Source of the DNA: Hypanus sabinus
Lineage: Eukaryota
Assembly: GCF_030144855.1 (NCBI RefSeq)
Contig: NC_082715.1
Coordinates: 146,506,001 to 146,570,000 of the forward strand
Reading direction: 5' to 3'
Length of the DNA: 64,000 nt
Part shown: one piece after another, positions 12,170 through 24,056 of the stretch
Layout: every line of letters starts with the position of its first letter
Numbering within the stretch: position 1 is the stretch's first letter
Made by a program: the position numbers and the translations under genes
Notes under the pieces: generated by a model
Seen by the model: only the letters and a program-made list of their open reading frames with translations
Told to the model about the DNA's origin: nothing
Database searches by the model: none

Positions 12170-12517
12170 TGCCAATGGCCAGCCTCGTTCCTTTGCCGAA
12201 GATGCAAACATTATTTTTCCAGACAGCACAGTAATAGTCTGCCGCATCCTCCGACTGGACGCTCGATATTGTCAATGTTGCCGTGTTGCCGGATATTGAG
12301 CCGCCGAAACGGTTCGGAACTCCGGAGCCTCTTCTAATGCTGCTCCCCGAATAATAGTAGAACAGATACCGAGGAACTTTTCCGGGAATCTGCTGGTACC
12401 AGTAAATATTGCTACTTCCTAAAGAGGTTCCAGACAAGGTGCAAGTCATTTGAGCATTCTGCCCCGGAGATTTTGATTTCGAAGATGGCTGATTCAGTGC
12501 AACTTCCGCGTCGATAT
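12170..12517 (-). CDS. IGLV: Cluster A germline-joined V-J exon
   Basis: Acceptor TTTCCAG|AT; open frame [39 protein letters not shown]; both canonical Cys, the Trp and FGxG present; donor GGCA|GTAAGT; no RSS or spacer between V and J. Confidence 0.96.
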
Positions 12518-12640
12518 CTGGAAACATTCAGAGAGAAGAAACAATGTACCGAGATTAATATTCGAGTAATACCAGAAGAGTGAGAAAATATCATTGAATG
12601 GCATTCGAGATTCAATATAATACCCAAAGAAAATACTCAC

Positions 12641-12689
12641 AAATTGCAGTGAACACCAGCGTACTGACTACACGAACCCACCAAGACAT
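12641..12689 (-). CDS. IGLV: Ig lambda-type light chain cluster A, leader exon (MSWWVRVVSTLVFTAI + 1 nt)
   Basis: ATG at 12689; 49-nt exon ending in T|GTGAGT donor; hydrophobic signal peptide; 123-nt phase-1 intron splices in frame to the acceptor at 12517, giving ...TAIYIDA/EVAL. Confidence 0.93.
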
Positions 12690-12798
12690 TGTAATTAATT
12701 GAGTGAAGCTCACACAAGGTGCGGCGGTTAAGTGGCGTCTCAACTTTTCAGCTCGCTTATGAATCCTGTGACGAGCTGGCACTGCGTGTTGTCTATTT

Positions 12799-12806
12799 AT
12801 GCAAAT
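12799..12806 (-). promoter_or_regulatory. Octamer (ATTTGCAT) of cluster A V promoter
   Basis: Exact octamer in light-chain orientation 110 bp upstream of the ATG; TATA-like TTCATAA about 40 bp closer; same spacing as in cluster C. Confidence 0.85.
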
Positions 12807-13389
12807 CAGTTCAAACAGAATGGCACATTGACACCAATCATAAGTTGACAATTTTTCCTGTGTCAGTTCTGAGCCAGATTAGCATTTAGTTTCGAGTTCT
12901 GTATTTCGCCAATGTATTTTAGATAAACAACTTGTCCTCTTCTCCATTCAGTTGCACACTACATTTAAAGTACGCGATCCTTGCACCCTTATTAAAGACG
13001 GTTTGTCCGAGATTTTCGAAAGCAACAGATAAAGAAAAAAACAATATTGGCAATTATTAACGGATCTGTAGGGTTCAAAATAAATTCCAAGCCACTTATT
13101 TGTATGTTTTTAGAAAACTCACTGCCAAACAGATGTAATGGGTTTACAATGATTTTGGAAAGCCTGTTTTCTAGCAGCACTCTAATCACTGAAGATATTC
13201 AGGAGGAAAATTGAGAAATGTATTGAATTGATCAGAGAGATTATTGCGTATTCTGAATAATTAAAAGTGAATCAAATGATTAAGCTCCTTCAGAGGATGG
13301 TTCCCTACAAATTCTGACAACCTTAGGTCAATATAAGGAATTCCATTTGTATGTAAGCACAGGGTCCTTTAACCATATAATGTTTACAG

Positions 13390-13764
13390 AGAGTGGCGGG
13401 TTTAAGATACGTGTTAACCAAACGGGGGGGTAAGGCGCTCCATCCCAGTGATAGACCGCAGATCATTTTAAGATGTGTCGCAGCTGCTTAGCCCCACGAT
13501 CAGTATCACGTGAAGCAGGGGAGCAGCGGTGGATGGTCGTATGAGTAGCTAGTGCTCATAAGTCCTGGTTTGCGACCACTGGCGCCAGTCGGACAATCTC
13601 TGAAGAGTATTGACAATGGCTTTGTTCACCCGACTTGTAAAGACACTGCCCAGGAGAAGGCAATGGCAAAACACTTCTGTAGAAGAAATTGCGAACAACA
13701 ATCATACCATGGATAATGCCATGATCGCTCATGGCATACAACACTGCACATAATGCTGATGATG
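13390..13764 (+). mobile_element. RTE-tailed SINE-like element upstream of each V (paralogs about 34915-35289 and 63449-63809)
   Basis: Contains GGAGAAGGCAATGGCAAA(A/T)CACTTC, resembling RTE/BovB-derived SINE tails; ends CATAATGCTGATGATG; same position in all three clusters. Confidence 0.55.
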
Positions 13765-15439
13765 TGTTTATATGAATTAAACAGGCAATCTGGAAGTGAA
13801 AGCTGTATTTTTCTGAGTCTCACCGTTCAGGCAGAAGTAATAAGCGAAACAGAAGTAACAGCGAAATAATTCTGAGGTCTTAATAACAGTCCAACCACCG
13901 AACATAGCCAACTAACAAAATATATATTTGGGACATCAGGGACTATTAGCACGATAATGAGTCTTAGATCAAGTATTTAAGCCATGAGTGATGTTATTTT
14001 ATTTTTCGGGGATTTCCTTATTCCTCAAAGAATATCAGAACCAACTCTACAGTTTTATGTCATTTTCAAGGCATAAAAAGAGAGGAAGTTTAACAGAATG
14101 AAATTGAAAGGAATAGTTAGAATAGATTGTGCCTGGCATGCTCAGTTCCCCCAGAATTTTGTTTGTGTGTTACTCTATATAGAACAGCGGAGCGTACCTG
14201 GGATATGGGAAATCTCGTAATTCCTGTCGGGCCGGACAGTTAGAATCTGACAACCAGTAGCTATCCAAATATCACAAAACAACACAGAATTTAAAGGACG
14301 AGTTCTGAACCCTAGAAATTCGTGTCCTCTCTGCAACAGGCTTCCACATAAGAAAACGAGTCAGCGAGTTGATTTTATCAATAAATAAGAGGCAGAACTC
14401 TTTCCGGATAATCTATCACCATCACGTGCCCATTAATTCCAAACAGAAAACCACTAAGATTTGTTGCTTGCAGCTTAAATCCATCTATATGCACATTAAC
14501 AAAACACCGGATGAGATTGATTTGAAAGCAACAGCTGAATTTAAACCATGAGCACACAACTCGAATGGAAGTATGTACACCGTTGTTATCAAATGGAGCG
14601 AACAATTGCAAGTCTTCTATCATCTATTGGGATAATGAACAACTGAAACGACCGTTTCCACGGAGCTTGCTCACTATAAATTGCTGTGGTACAGGTGTCA
14701 TAAACCCTACAAACATGGAAAAAACAAACATGATACCTGTTACAGTAGTATTAATCAAAATAGACTGAAGGAACTTTTAATGATTTGAATTAAGCTGAAT
14801 TTACATTTGCAGCAAACATCCTACAGATATCTTGAAAGGGTGAGTTACTGGATCTGGGCTATTTTTGGAGACATTAACTGCTGCATAGGGTTGCATGGCT
14901 AGTACATGCATCCTCACCTATATATAATCAATATGTTTCTACAGTAATCGATGCAGCACGTTTCAGGTTATTATCAAAATCGCTAAATTTCTGACCTGGG
15001 TGCATTTGACAGAGTTGTGTGGAGGGAAATTTAATTTGCCTCTGATTCTTGAGGTACTTTTCTGTGAATGTTTCATGTGGCACGGAACAAGTTAGTGCAC
15101 GTATTAGGTACAGAGTAAATCTCCTTTACTTTCCCAAATGATGATCTCCCCGAGTTTACGATAGTAAGATTTATTACTGGACGATTTCCTTTAATAAAAA
15201 TCAAGGATACGAGTGTGGTGAGTTAAAAACAAATTAATTTCACTTGCAATATCAGGATAAATACAGCAAGGGCCAGGACAACACGAGGTAGATGGAAAGA
15301 AAAATTGCTACACTGCCCGTCAGTGAGTAACAATTTTCAACAGATAATGAGAATTCTGCAGTAGCACCGTACCCAAAAATAAATACAGAATTTAGTTAAA
15401 TAGCTCCATTATTTCTATTCTAGCATCAGATTCTACTTC

Positions 15440-16900
15440 CTCTAGGGAAATGGGACTTGGCAAGCGACTGATGGTGGCAGTTTTGAGCGAGTTACCATAA
15501 TTCCATTAGATTTTAAAGGCGTTTTTAAAAGGAAACAAGGTTAGTTCTCAAGTGAAAGGCCTAAATTGGGGCAAAGCAAAATTTGATAGGATTAGGCCGG
15601 ATCTCTGAAAGTTGAATTCAGAGGAACTGTTGGCAGACACGGGGAAGTTTGGCAAGTCGGAAGGTCTTGAAAATGAGATACAGAAAATTCAGGGCAAATA
15701 TATTCCTGTCGGCCTAAACGGCAAGGTAGGTAGGATTCAGAACAGCTGACTGATGGAACAAGATTGAGGTCTGCTGAAGTGAAAGGAATAACCAGCTGGG
15801 ATGTAGCAAAACCTGTTAGGAAAATAAGGACTGCTGTATTCCAGTTAATGAAGTAATAAGCGAAAAGGGACATAAGACATATCTGGCAGATAGGTTGACC
15901 TAAGAAATTCTTTAAATATATAAAGAATAGCATATAAAGAAAGGCAGCTGGGGAGAGCAAAGATGCACTTAAGAATTAATTTGATCGTCGAATCAAAAGA
16001 GGATCTACAAAGTAAATGAATGCCTCTACTCTTCTTAGAATAGGAAAAGTCATGGAAGCTAGCAAACGCAGGGACGAGCACAGTGATGTCCTGGAAGGTA
16101 ATGATAGTATGCAAAATCACTGTTTTGTGTTTTTGAGGAGAATAACTTCGCCATCTATATCCCAAAATCGTGTCGTAAGCTTAGATGTACTTTGCTGGAA
16201 CTTTGTAGAGACTTTTGTATCTTCGTTAGCCACACTTGAGCTTTCGGAAACCTGAAGGCTGGCTGAGGTTGCATCTTTATTTACGAGGATCGTTAAGGAT
16301 AAGCTACGGAATTACAGGCTAGCGAGTCTAACATTAGTGGTGGGAAAGTTACTGCAGGTGATTCTGTGTGACAAGATCTATATACATATGGAAGGGCAAG
16401 GAATAATCAGGAGTAGTTAAAGTGGTTTTGTGCGCGAGAAATCACGGCTCCCGAATTTACATGGCTGCTTTGAAGATGTGACCAAAATGGTTGATGAGAG
16501 CAGAGCTGTAGTTTACCACACGGAATAGACGTCTTGAATTATAATGAATGACTGGGATAATCTGGGATTGCTTTCCTTAGACCTATGTAGGCTAGTGTGA
16601 TATTACAGAAGTTTATAGGGTAAATGGTCAAAGTCCATTCTCCATTGACGCGGTGCATAAAACTGGAATGGATGGGCTTAATGTAAGAGGGGAATATCAA
16701 TGGGGACCTATGAATAAGTTTTCATCACGAAGTTGTTGATTATGTGGCTATACCTGCCAGAAGAAGTGATAGGCGCTGCAGCAATTACAGGTTTAAAAGC
16801 CGTCTGGAGATGTGCATGGACAGGAAATGTTTAAAGAGATTCTGGAAAATGCAGGTGAATGGGTCCAGCTCAAGAAGACTCCTTAGTCGGTATGGACGAA
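15440..16900 (+). mobile_element. Degenerate CR1 (EN-RT linker to 3' end, with deletions)
   Basis: LNWGKA-like linker; NYRLASLTLVVGKL and SGFVREKSRL remnants. Confidence 0.65.
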
Positions 16901-16991
16901 GTGAGCCGAATAATTGGGGAGTTGGTCTCAATTTGGTGATAAATCCGTTAATGCTTTAAAATAAATATTAGATATTATCAATAGAGAAATA

Positions 16992-16993
<2 letters not shown>

Positions 16994-17075
<82 letters not shown>
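16994..17075. repeat. (CA)n microsatellite
   Basis: About 41 CA units. Confidence 0.98.
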
Positions 17076-17077
<2 letters not shown>

Positions 17078-18199
17078 TTCTGAGCACCGCTGGTCAAAAA
17101 TTCTCTTACTGTGAATAGCTAAGCGAGTAAAGGATGACCTGATTTGAAAAAGGTTTAAGTGACACATTTCTTTAATATTTTAAGCAAAATTATTTTTTTC
17201 ACTTCCATCTTTTATAGTTTCAAAATAACAAAAAAAGGAAAAGAGCCCGAAGCAAATGTTGGTGCACCCTGCATTGTCAGTACTTAGTAACACCCCCTTT
17301 GGCAGGTATCACAGCTTGTAAATGCTTTCGGTCGCCAGATAAGAGTCTTTCAAGTCCTGTTTGGGGGATTTTCGCCATTCTTCCTTGCAAAAGACTTCTA
17401 GATCTGCGGGATTCTTGGGGCGTCTTGCATGCTCTGCTCTTTTGAGGTATTTCCAAGATTCTTGGTGATGTTTAGGTCGGGGGACTGTGAGAGCCTTGGC
17501 AAAACCTTCAGCTTGCGCCTGTTGATGTAGTCCTTTGTGGATTTTGAGGTGTGTTTAGGATCATTATCCTGTTGCAGAAGCCATCCTCTTTTCATCTTCA
17601 GCTTTTTTACAGTCGGTGTGATGTTTGCTTTCAGAATTTGCTGCTATTTAATTTAATTCATTCTTCCCTCTACAGGGAAATGTTCCCTGTGCTACTGGCT
17701 GCAACAGTTGGAGAGGTGCTCTTTTCATGAAATTCTGCACCCTTTTTTTCTCTTTGTGGGCAACAGTTATTTTAATTAACACAGTGTTAGGCAACTGCTT
17801 AGAGGAGCCCATGGCTGCTGATTGCTGGGAAAAGGGGCAAGGTTTGAGTAGTCAGGGTATTTGTAAACCTTTGAAATTTGCATCACCTGGCCTTTCCTAA
17901 CGAAGGTTGTGAACAGGCCATCGCCGTAACAAGCTAATTACGGTCTGAGACCTTGGTAGAAGTTATCTGAGAGCTCAAATCTCTTCGGATGCCCACACTT
18001 TTGCATCTTGCCCCTTTCCATTTTTTCACTCTGAAATTGTACAAAACAGAAATAATACACTAATCTTGATTAAAATATTGAAAAGAATGTTTCATCTTTA
18101 ACTTTATAACTTTTGGAGATCAGTTCATCTTCTACTCAGTTAACTATTCACAGTTAAAGAAATTTTGACCAAGGGTGTCCAAACCTTTTCATGGAACTG
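17075..18199 (-). mobile_element. Tc1/mariner DNA transposon, internally deleted, long (about 200 bp) inverted repeats
   Basis: Transposase remnant WLLQQDNDPKHTSKST...SQSPDLN (17398-17595); right end ...CCTTTTCATGGAACTG followed by TA; left IR is an imperfect reverse complement whose tip is lost in the (CA)n tract. Confidence 0.85.
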
Positions 18200-20229
18200 T
18201 ATATTCAAATAGTAACTGCAACTGCGTAGTACAGCCAGATAATTGCTTATTTTTTTATTATTTACAGTTATAACTATTGCCCAAAGCAATAATATCTCTC
18301 TACTGCTTCTCTTGAAATTAATGCCCTCAAACGTCGTGTACAGTCACCTAACCTACAAAATACCGATTGTTTAACACGAAATCGGTACCGTTGTACAATG
18401 TATGTCCAAACTGAATCCACAACTTGCCATCACAGGGGCCGCATGTCAAGCCACCAAGTATTAAATATCTAACTCACGATTAATATGGACATTTCTTTCT
18501 CACTGTAGGGGAAAAAAATGTCCATCTCTTTGATTGCTCTTCTTCCGCCCGTGACTCAACAGAAAAAGGAAGGACAGATGGCGACTCTGATAAGTCTAGT
18601 CAATATTTTTTTCCCTGGACTGGTAGTAGTGTCCCGAGAAATGGACCACAATATCGTGGACTGGCGTTCAGATAACCCGAGTCGTCCGGGATAGCGACCA
18701 GACCTACAGGGTCAGCAGTTACCGCACGTTGGCTGCCTCCTAGTGGAAGTCACGAGAAAATGGACTTGTGGATTATACTCGGGTCTCCGCGGTGGCGAAG
18801 CATCCAGAGGACAAGGCTGCGTGTAAGGGGGAGCCGGTCGGCTGGTTGCGCGCTGTATTTTTACGGTCAGGCACAGCGACGTTCCAAGATTGTATTCTTA
18901 TTATTTACAAGCGGCTTCCCTACAGTTGTTCTTTACCTTATGGGGTGAAAAAAACCTTCACTTTGAAAACGTGAGGCAGAATCTATTGTTACAGAAAATA
19001 ACATTATATTCTTCTGGTAAAATATATATCTGGCGTTTCAGCGATTGAATATAACGAGAGGACCGGCAGCTGATTCCATGTTCTGCATGTATTGATAATT
19101 AACCATAAAACTGGGAAGAGGAATATTGCATTTTGTCCTAACATGTTCATATACTTATTAGGTTCTGGTTGATATTCGAACTCGTCACGTTCATGCCCTT
19201 ACCCTTAATATTGAGAAATCCGTGGTTTTATAATGACGATGCCTCCAAAGGCTGGGGAATTACACCATCGACAGCACGTTAAGTGGGTTTGGTTGACTAA
19301 GGAGCAGGCCGTGCGAAGGTGCCATTTCTCGGAACATGACTTAACACCTCTAAGTCTGAATTCCCGCAAAATGCCGCGATCCTTTCTCGCTTCATTTCAT
19401 AGTAGCAATCGCTCAGTCTGAGATTGTTGCGATGGTTGTGAACTCCTCAGCTAGGAAAGTATCTTTTCATCATGCAGCATGTTACGATCTGTTGGAATTT
19501 TACATCTCATTGAGATCTCCCCTCATTCTCGTAAATTCTAGAGAAAACAAGGTCAGCTGACGCAATTTCTTCTCAGATGGCGAATCTGGAACTCGTCTGT
19601 TGAAATTCCTCCATCTATTAAGCAGCGATAGCTAAAACACACAATGACGTCACCATTCGCGCACCCAAATTCCCGCATGACAAAGGCGAACATAACATTT
19701 GTCTTCCTTGTGGTCTGTTGTTCCGGAACTTCGTCTTTCAGGAACATCACCAAACGTCCAGTCATTAAAATCATTGACATGGTTGCAAAATATATAAAAA
19801 TTGCAGCAAGTTATTAAACAATTAAACTGACGTTTTATTTAACGGTAGGTCCTGAAACAAATAAACAAATGAGTAGTTAAAGCCATAAATTATAATAAAC
19901 CATGTTTAAACAGTTTATCTTTCCCTTTATGCAACTCATCTTTGCCCCACAACCCAGAAAGAATGGTGTTTCCAATGTTTTGAAGTGGTGAATCTGACCC
20001 AAGCTTCAAGGCACAATCTGCAGTGTAAAGCTGGGTGACGTCCTTTCAATTCTGGTGCAGGTTCTTGCAGAGTTGTATTCGTTATTCCAAAGACAACTGT
20101 CTGGCATACAGATAGTTTTCAATTAGTTTTTTCTCAAAATTTGAAAATGTGCACTTTAACTTGAATTACCAATTGGAATGAAATTGACTTTCACATGCAT
20201 GAGGAGTAAAAATCTTTACGTTACGTCTC

Positions 20230-20840
20230 CGTCTAAATGTGCAATGTGCAATCATAGAGACTTATAATAATTTATAATAAATCAAACAGGCAATGTAACA
20301 TAGAAATGCACTCAATTAGCATTGAGTTAATCAGTCTGATGGCCTGGTGGAAGAAACTTTCGCCGAGCATGTTGATCCTGGCTTCTATTCTCCGGTAAAG
20401 TTTCCCGGATGGTTGCAACTGGAATATATTGTGGTTCGTGTCCCTAATCATCCTTCGGACCCTTTTTTCACACCATAACCCTAAATGTCCTGAACAATGG
20501 GAAGTTAACAGATGTGCTGGGCTGTTCGTAATCCTTAAGCCGGCGATTAAGGAAGGCACAGTTCCCATATCAGGCAGTGATGCAAAAAGTCAGGATGCTG
20601 TTAATTGTGCCCCTGTAGAAAGTTCTTAGAATTTTGGGCATACCAAACTTCTGCAACCGTCTGAGGTGAAAGAAGCGCTGTTTTGACCACACGTGAGGTC
20701 GTCGGTGATGTGAATGCCTATGTACATAAACCTCTCAACACCAGATCCATTGAGGACAACAGGGGTTAGCCTGTATCCATTCCTTCTGCAGTCCACAGCT
20801 AGCTCCTTTTTTTTTGCAACATTGAGGCAGAGACTGGTTT
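20230..20840 (-). mobile_element. Rex1-like LINE 3' fragment
   Basis: ORFs 20272-20568 and 20626-20922 (LNVAKKKELAVDCRR, YIGIHITDDLT, FFHQAIRL). Confidence 0.7.
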
Positions 20841-21779
20841 CTGGACAAATGCATGTCGTCGAAAAAGATATAATCAAAGCTGGAAATGCGGAACAAGTCA
20901 GACAGCTTTCCGTATAAGCCATAACATTTTTAGTTCAACTCCCTCGCATTATAAAGTGTAAATGGTTAAATTATAGAGAATAGGTAGGGCAGAGAAAAGA
21001 AAAATATTTCGGGCGCAGGATGAATGGAAAACGAATCATTGCACACCTCATCAAGATCAATCGCGGGTTTTATTTATTCAGAGATACAGCACGGAACAGG
21101 CCATTCCGCTACAACGAGCCACACCGTCGAGCAGCCTACCTGTTTAAAACTAGCCTAATCCCAGGAGAATTTACGATGACCAATTAACCTACCATCAGGA
21201 ACATCTTTGAACGATGGAAGGAAACCAGAGCACGCGGAAGAAACATACACAGTTTACCGGAAGAACGAACAACCTCCTACACACATTTCGAACTATGATA
21301 CGCCCTGATTTGTTGTAGGGTTGCGCTGACCCCCACGCTACCCAGATTCCTAGGTGACACGGGCAAAGAGAAATGTAAGTGATTACAAGATTATGCAAGA
21401 TCACGTGTATAAATGGGAAAACCTTCGCAGATTTTCCTCAGGTTGAGCGTGAACCATCATTGTACAAATATTGTCAAGAAAGAGGATCAACGGCGGTTCA
21501 TTGCGAAATCAGAATATTCTGATGGCAGGTGTGGGATCTGAAATGTAAACTCTGTTTCTTCTCCCACAGATGCTGCTTGAGCGGCTGTGTCTCCAGCATG
21601 TTCAGTTTTTGCTTTAGATTTCAAGCATCTGACGTTCATTGTCGTACGAATGTGACGTGTGAAGCCAGTGAAGGTGCAACGCAAGATTGCATGTGTGCAA
21701 AAGAGCAAAAAGGAAATCACCTTTTCAAGATCATACAGTGCTGACTGTATAAATATATCAGGACATTTAGAGGTTGAGA

Positions 21780-23300
21780 AAGCAGAAGTGGCTCGGCGCC
21801 CTAATGTGTATTAAGGTAGATAGATCCCCAGGGTCAGATGGATGTTACCACTGGTTATTGAAGGAATCAGGAAACGAGATGACTGGAGCCTTGACCAGAA
21901 TCTTCGTGTCCTCTTTAGCCACAGAGGACTGGCGAGTGGCTATTTACGAAGGGAACAAGGGAAAATCCTCGGAAGCATAGACCAGAGATACTCACGTCAG
22001 TTGTAGGAAATTGTGGGAGACGACACTTGCGAATGGGATATATGAACATCTGGAAACCCATAGCTTAATAAGGGAAAGCTTTGAGCGTGGCAGGTCATGC
22101 ATTGCCATATTGATTGAGTTTTTTGTCAAGGTTACGGCAAGAGATTATTGAGGGTAGAGCAGTGGAGGTAGGTTACATGTATTTTAGCAAAGCTTTTGAC
22201 AAAGTCTCTCCTGAGAAACTAATCTGGAAGATTATCGTAAGGGATCATAAGGAAGCAGATTTATAGGTATTTGGAGAAAAACTTATTAGAAAGGTCATTA
22301 TGGATTTCTACATGGTACGTCATGTCTCGTTCAAGAACGTTATCAAGTGGGTTGATGAAGGAAAGACAGTGGATATTGTCCACTGGACTATAGCAAGGCC
22401 GATGACTGGGCCCCGTATGGACGGTGTCATGAAGGTTAATTCGCTTGGCATTCAGAGTAAGGCAGAAATCTGGATTAGACATTGGCTTCGCCAGAGAGCG
22501 CTACTAGATGTGTGCTACGAGATGTTTGCCTCTGTGAGTGGAAGCCTGTGACCAGCGGTGTACCGCGGGAATGGGTGGTATGGCCATTGTTATTCCTCAT
22601 CTATATCAATTGTCCGAAACAAAATGTGGTAAATTAGGTCATCGAACTTGCGGATAACAGCAAAATTGGGGACGTAGTGTGCGGCAAGTAAGGTCATTGA
22701 AGGTTGTAGCGGGATCTGGATCAGATAGAATAAATGGGCTGAACAATGACAGATGGTGTTATTGCACTTTGAGAAGACAAACCAGAAAGGACACACATAA
22801 TGACCGGCAGGGCACTGAGGAGTACGGTAGAACAGAGGGAATGCGGATCCATAATTTCTTCAAAATTACGTCACAGGCAGATAGCTCCGTAAAGGGAGCT
22901 TCTGGCATCAAAGTAATGATAGGATAAAAAGAATTGGGATGAAACCTTGAAGTTGAATAAGACGTAGGCAAAGCATAATCTTGAGCATTATGAGAGGTGT
23001 AGAAAGGACAAATGCAAGCTGGGCTTTTCCATTAGTGTTGTGTGAAATTAGAACTGGAGATTATGGATTAAGGGTGAAACAGGAAATGATGAAGTGAAAC
23101 TTGAGGGGGAAGTCTTTACTCGGAGAGTGGTGGGAGTGTTGAGCGAGCTTCCAGCGAAAGGATTGGGTGCGGATTCTAGTTAACATCTAAAACCAATTTG
23201 GATAGGTACATGGATGGGAGAGTATAGAGAGCAATGACCTGGTGACCAGTTCAGCACAGTCTAGATGGGCCGAACGACCTACTTATGTGCAGTTGTGTTC
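21780..23300 (+). mobile_element. Degenerate CR1 fragments
   Basis: SPGSDG, FSKAFDKV and ADNSKIG remnants plus 3' UTR; occupies the same position downstream of C as in clusters A and C. Confidence 0.65.
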
Positions 23301-23976
23301 TATAACTGTATCTATACATTTACAACTATTGTAAGCACTCACAGTTATGGTTCCAATTTGCCATCAGGTGGATATGAACAGTTAATCCATTTCACTGGAT
23401 TTGAATGCTAAGAGTTTAGTAACCACGATTACTTTTTTTTATTCTTCTGGAGCAGAAAATGTTAATCTGCCCCGTCGGTATAAATTATATTAAAATTAGT
23501 TTTTTTAATGTATCCACTGTGAAATGACTATCGCTGTTAACCTTCTGAGCAAGTTCAAGTTGTGGACATACGAAGGAATGGAGGAGCAGACTGATCAGAT
23601 CTGTGGTCTCCTGTTCACGTCACAACTCGACTCCCTTGAATCTTTTAAAGGTCTATTGATCGCAATCTAGTTGGGTATTGTTACATACCCCGTAACTGGG
23701 TGTCTAACCAGCAGAGAAAGAAGAATTCGTTGGAGTCTGGTGGTACTATACTGTAGGTGTTTATTAATAAAAAGATAAGCAAAATTTGCATTATCAATAA
23801 TGCAAATATACACATAAGACAAGTTAGCAGTAATAAACCTAAAAGTGTAGGAATAATAATAATCAATAATAAACAAGCTCTATCGATGTCTAGGGGTAAA
23901 TAACTTGTCATAGAAAAGTATAAAGTTCAGTTCAGTTCATGAGTGCTGATGCAGTTATGGTTGTTGTATTGTAATC

Positions 23977-23980
<4 letters not shown>

Positions 23981-24054
<74 letters not shown>
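23981..24054. repeat. (GA)n microsatellite inside the 3' LTR
   Basis: Long GA tract; the other LTR has a short one at about 28664-28685. Confidence 0.95.

Positions 24055-24056
<2 letters not shown>

Noticed and set aside
12227-12233. Cryptic RSS heptamer CACAGTA (TACTGTG on minus) at the end of FR3 in both V genes, suggesting V replacement
   Set aside because: It is the usual by-product of Tyr-Cys codons, and no nonamer-like sequence lies at 12 or 23 bp spacing.
14330-15430. Apparently unique region with several 60-80 aa ORFs
   Set aside because: No domain signatures or consistent exon structure; consistent with AT-rich non-coding spacer.
16928-17167. ORF rich in CVCVCV
   Set aside because: Translation of the (CA)n microsatellite.
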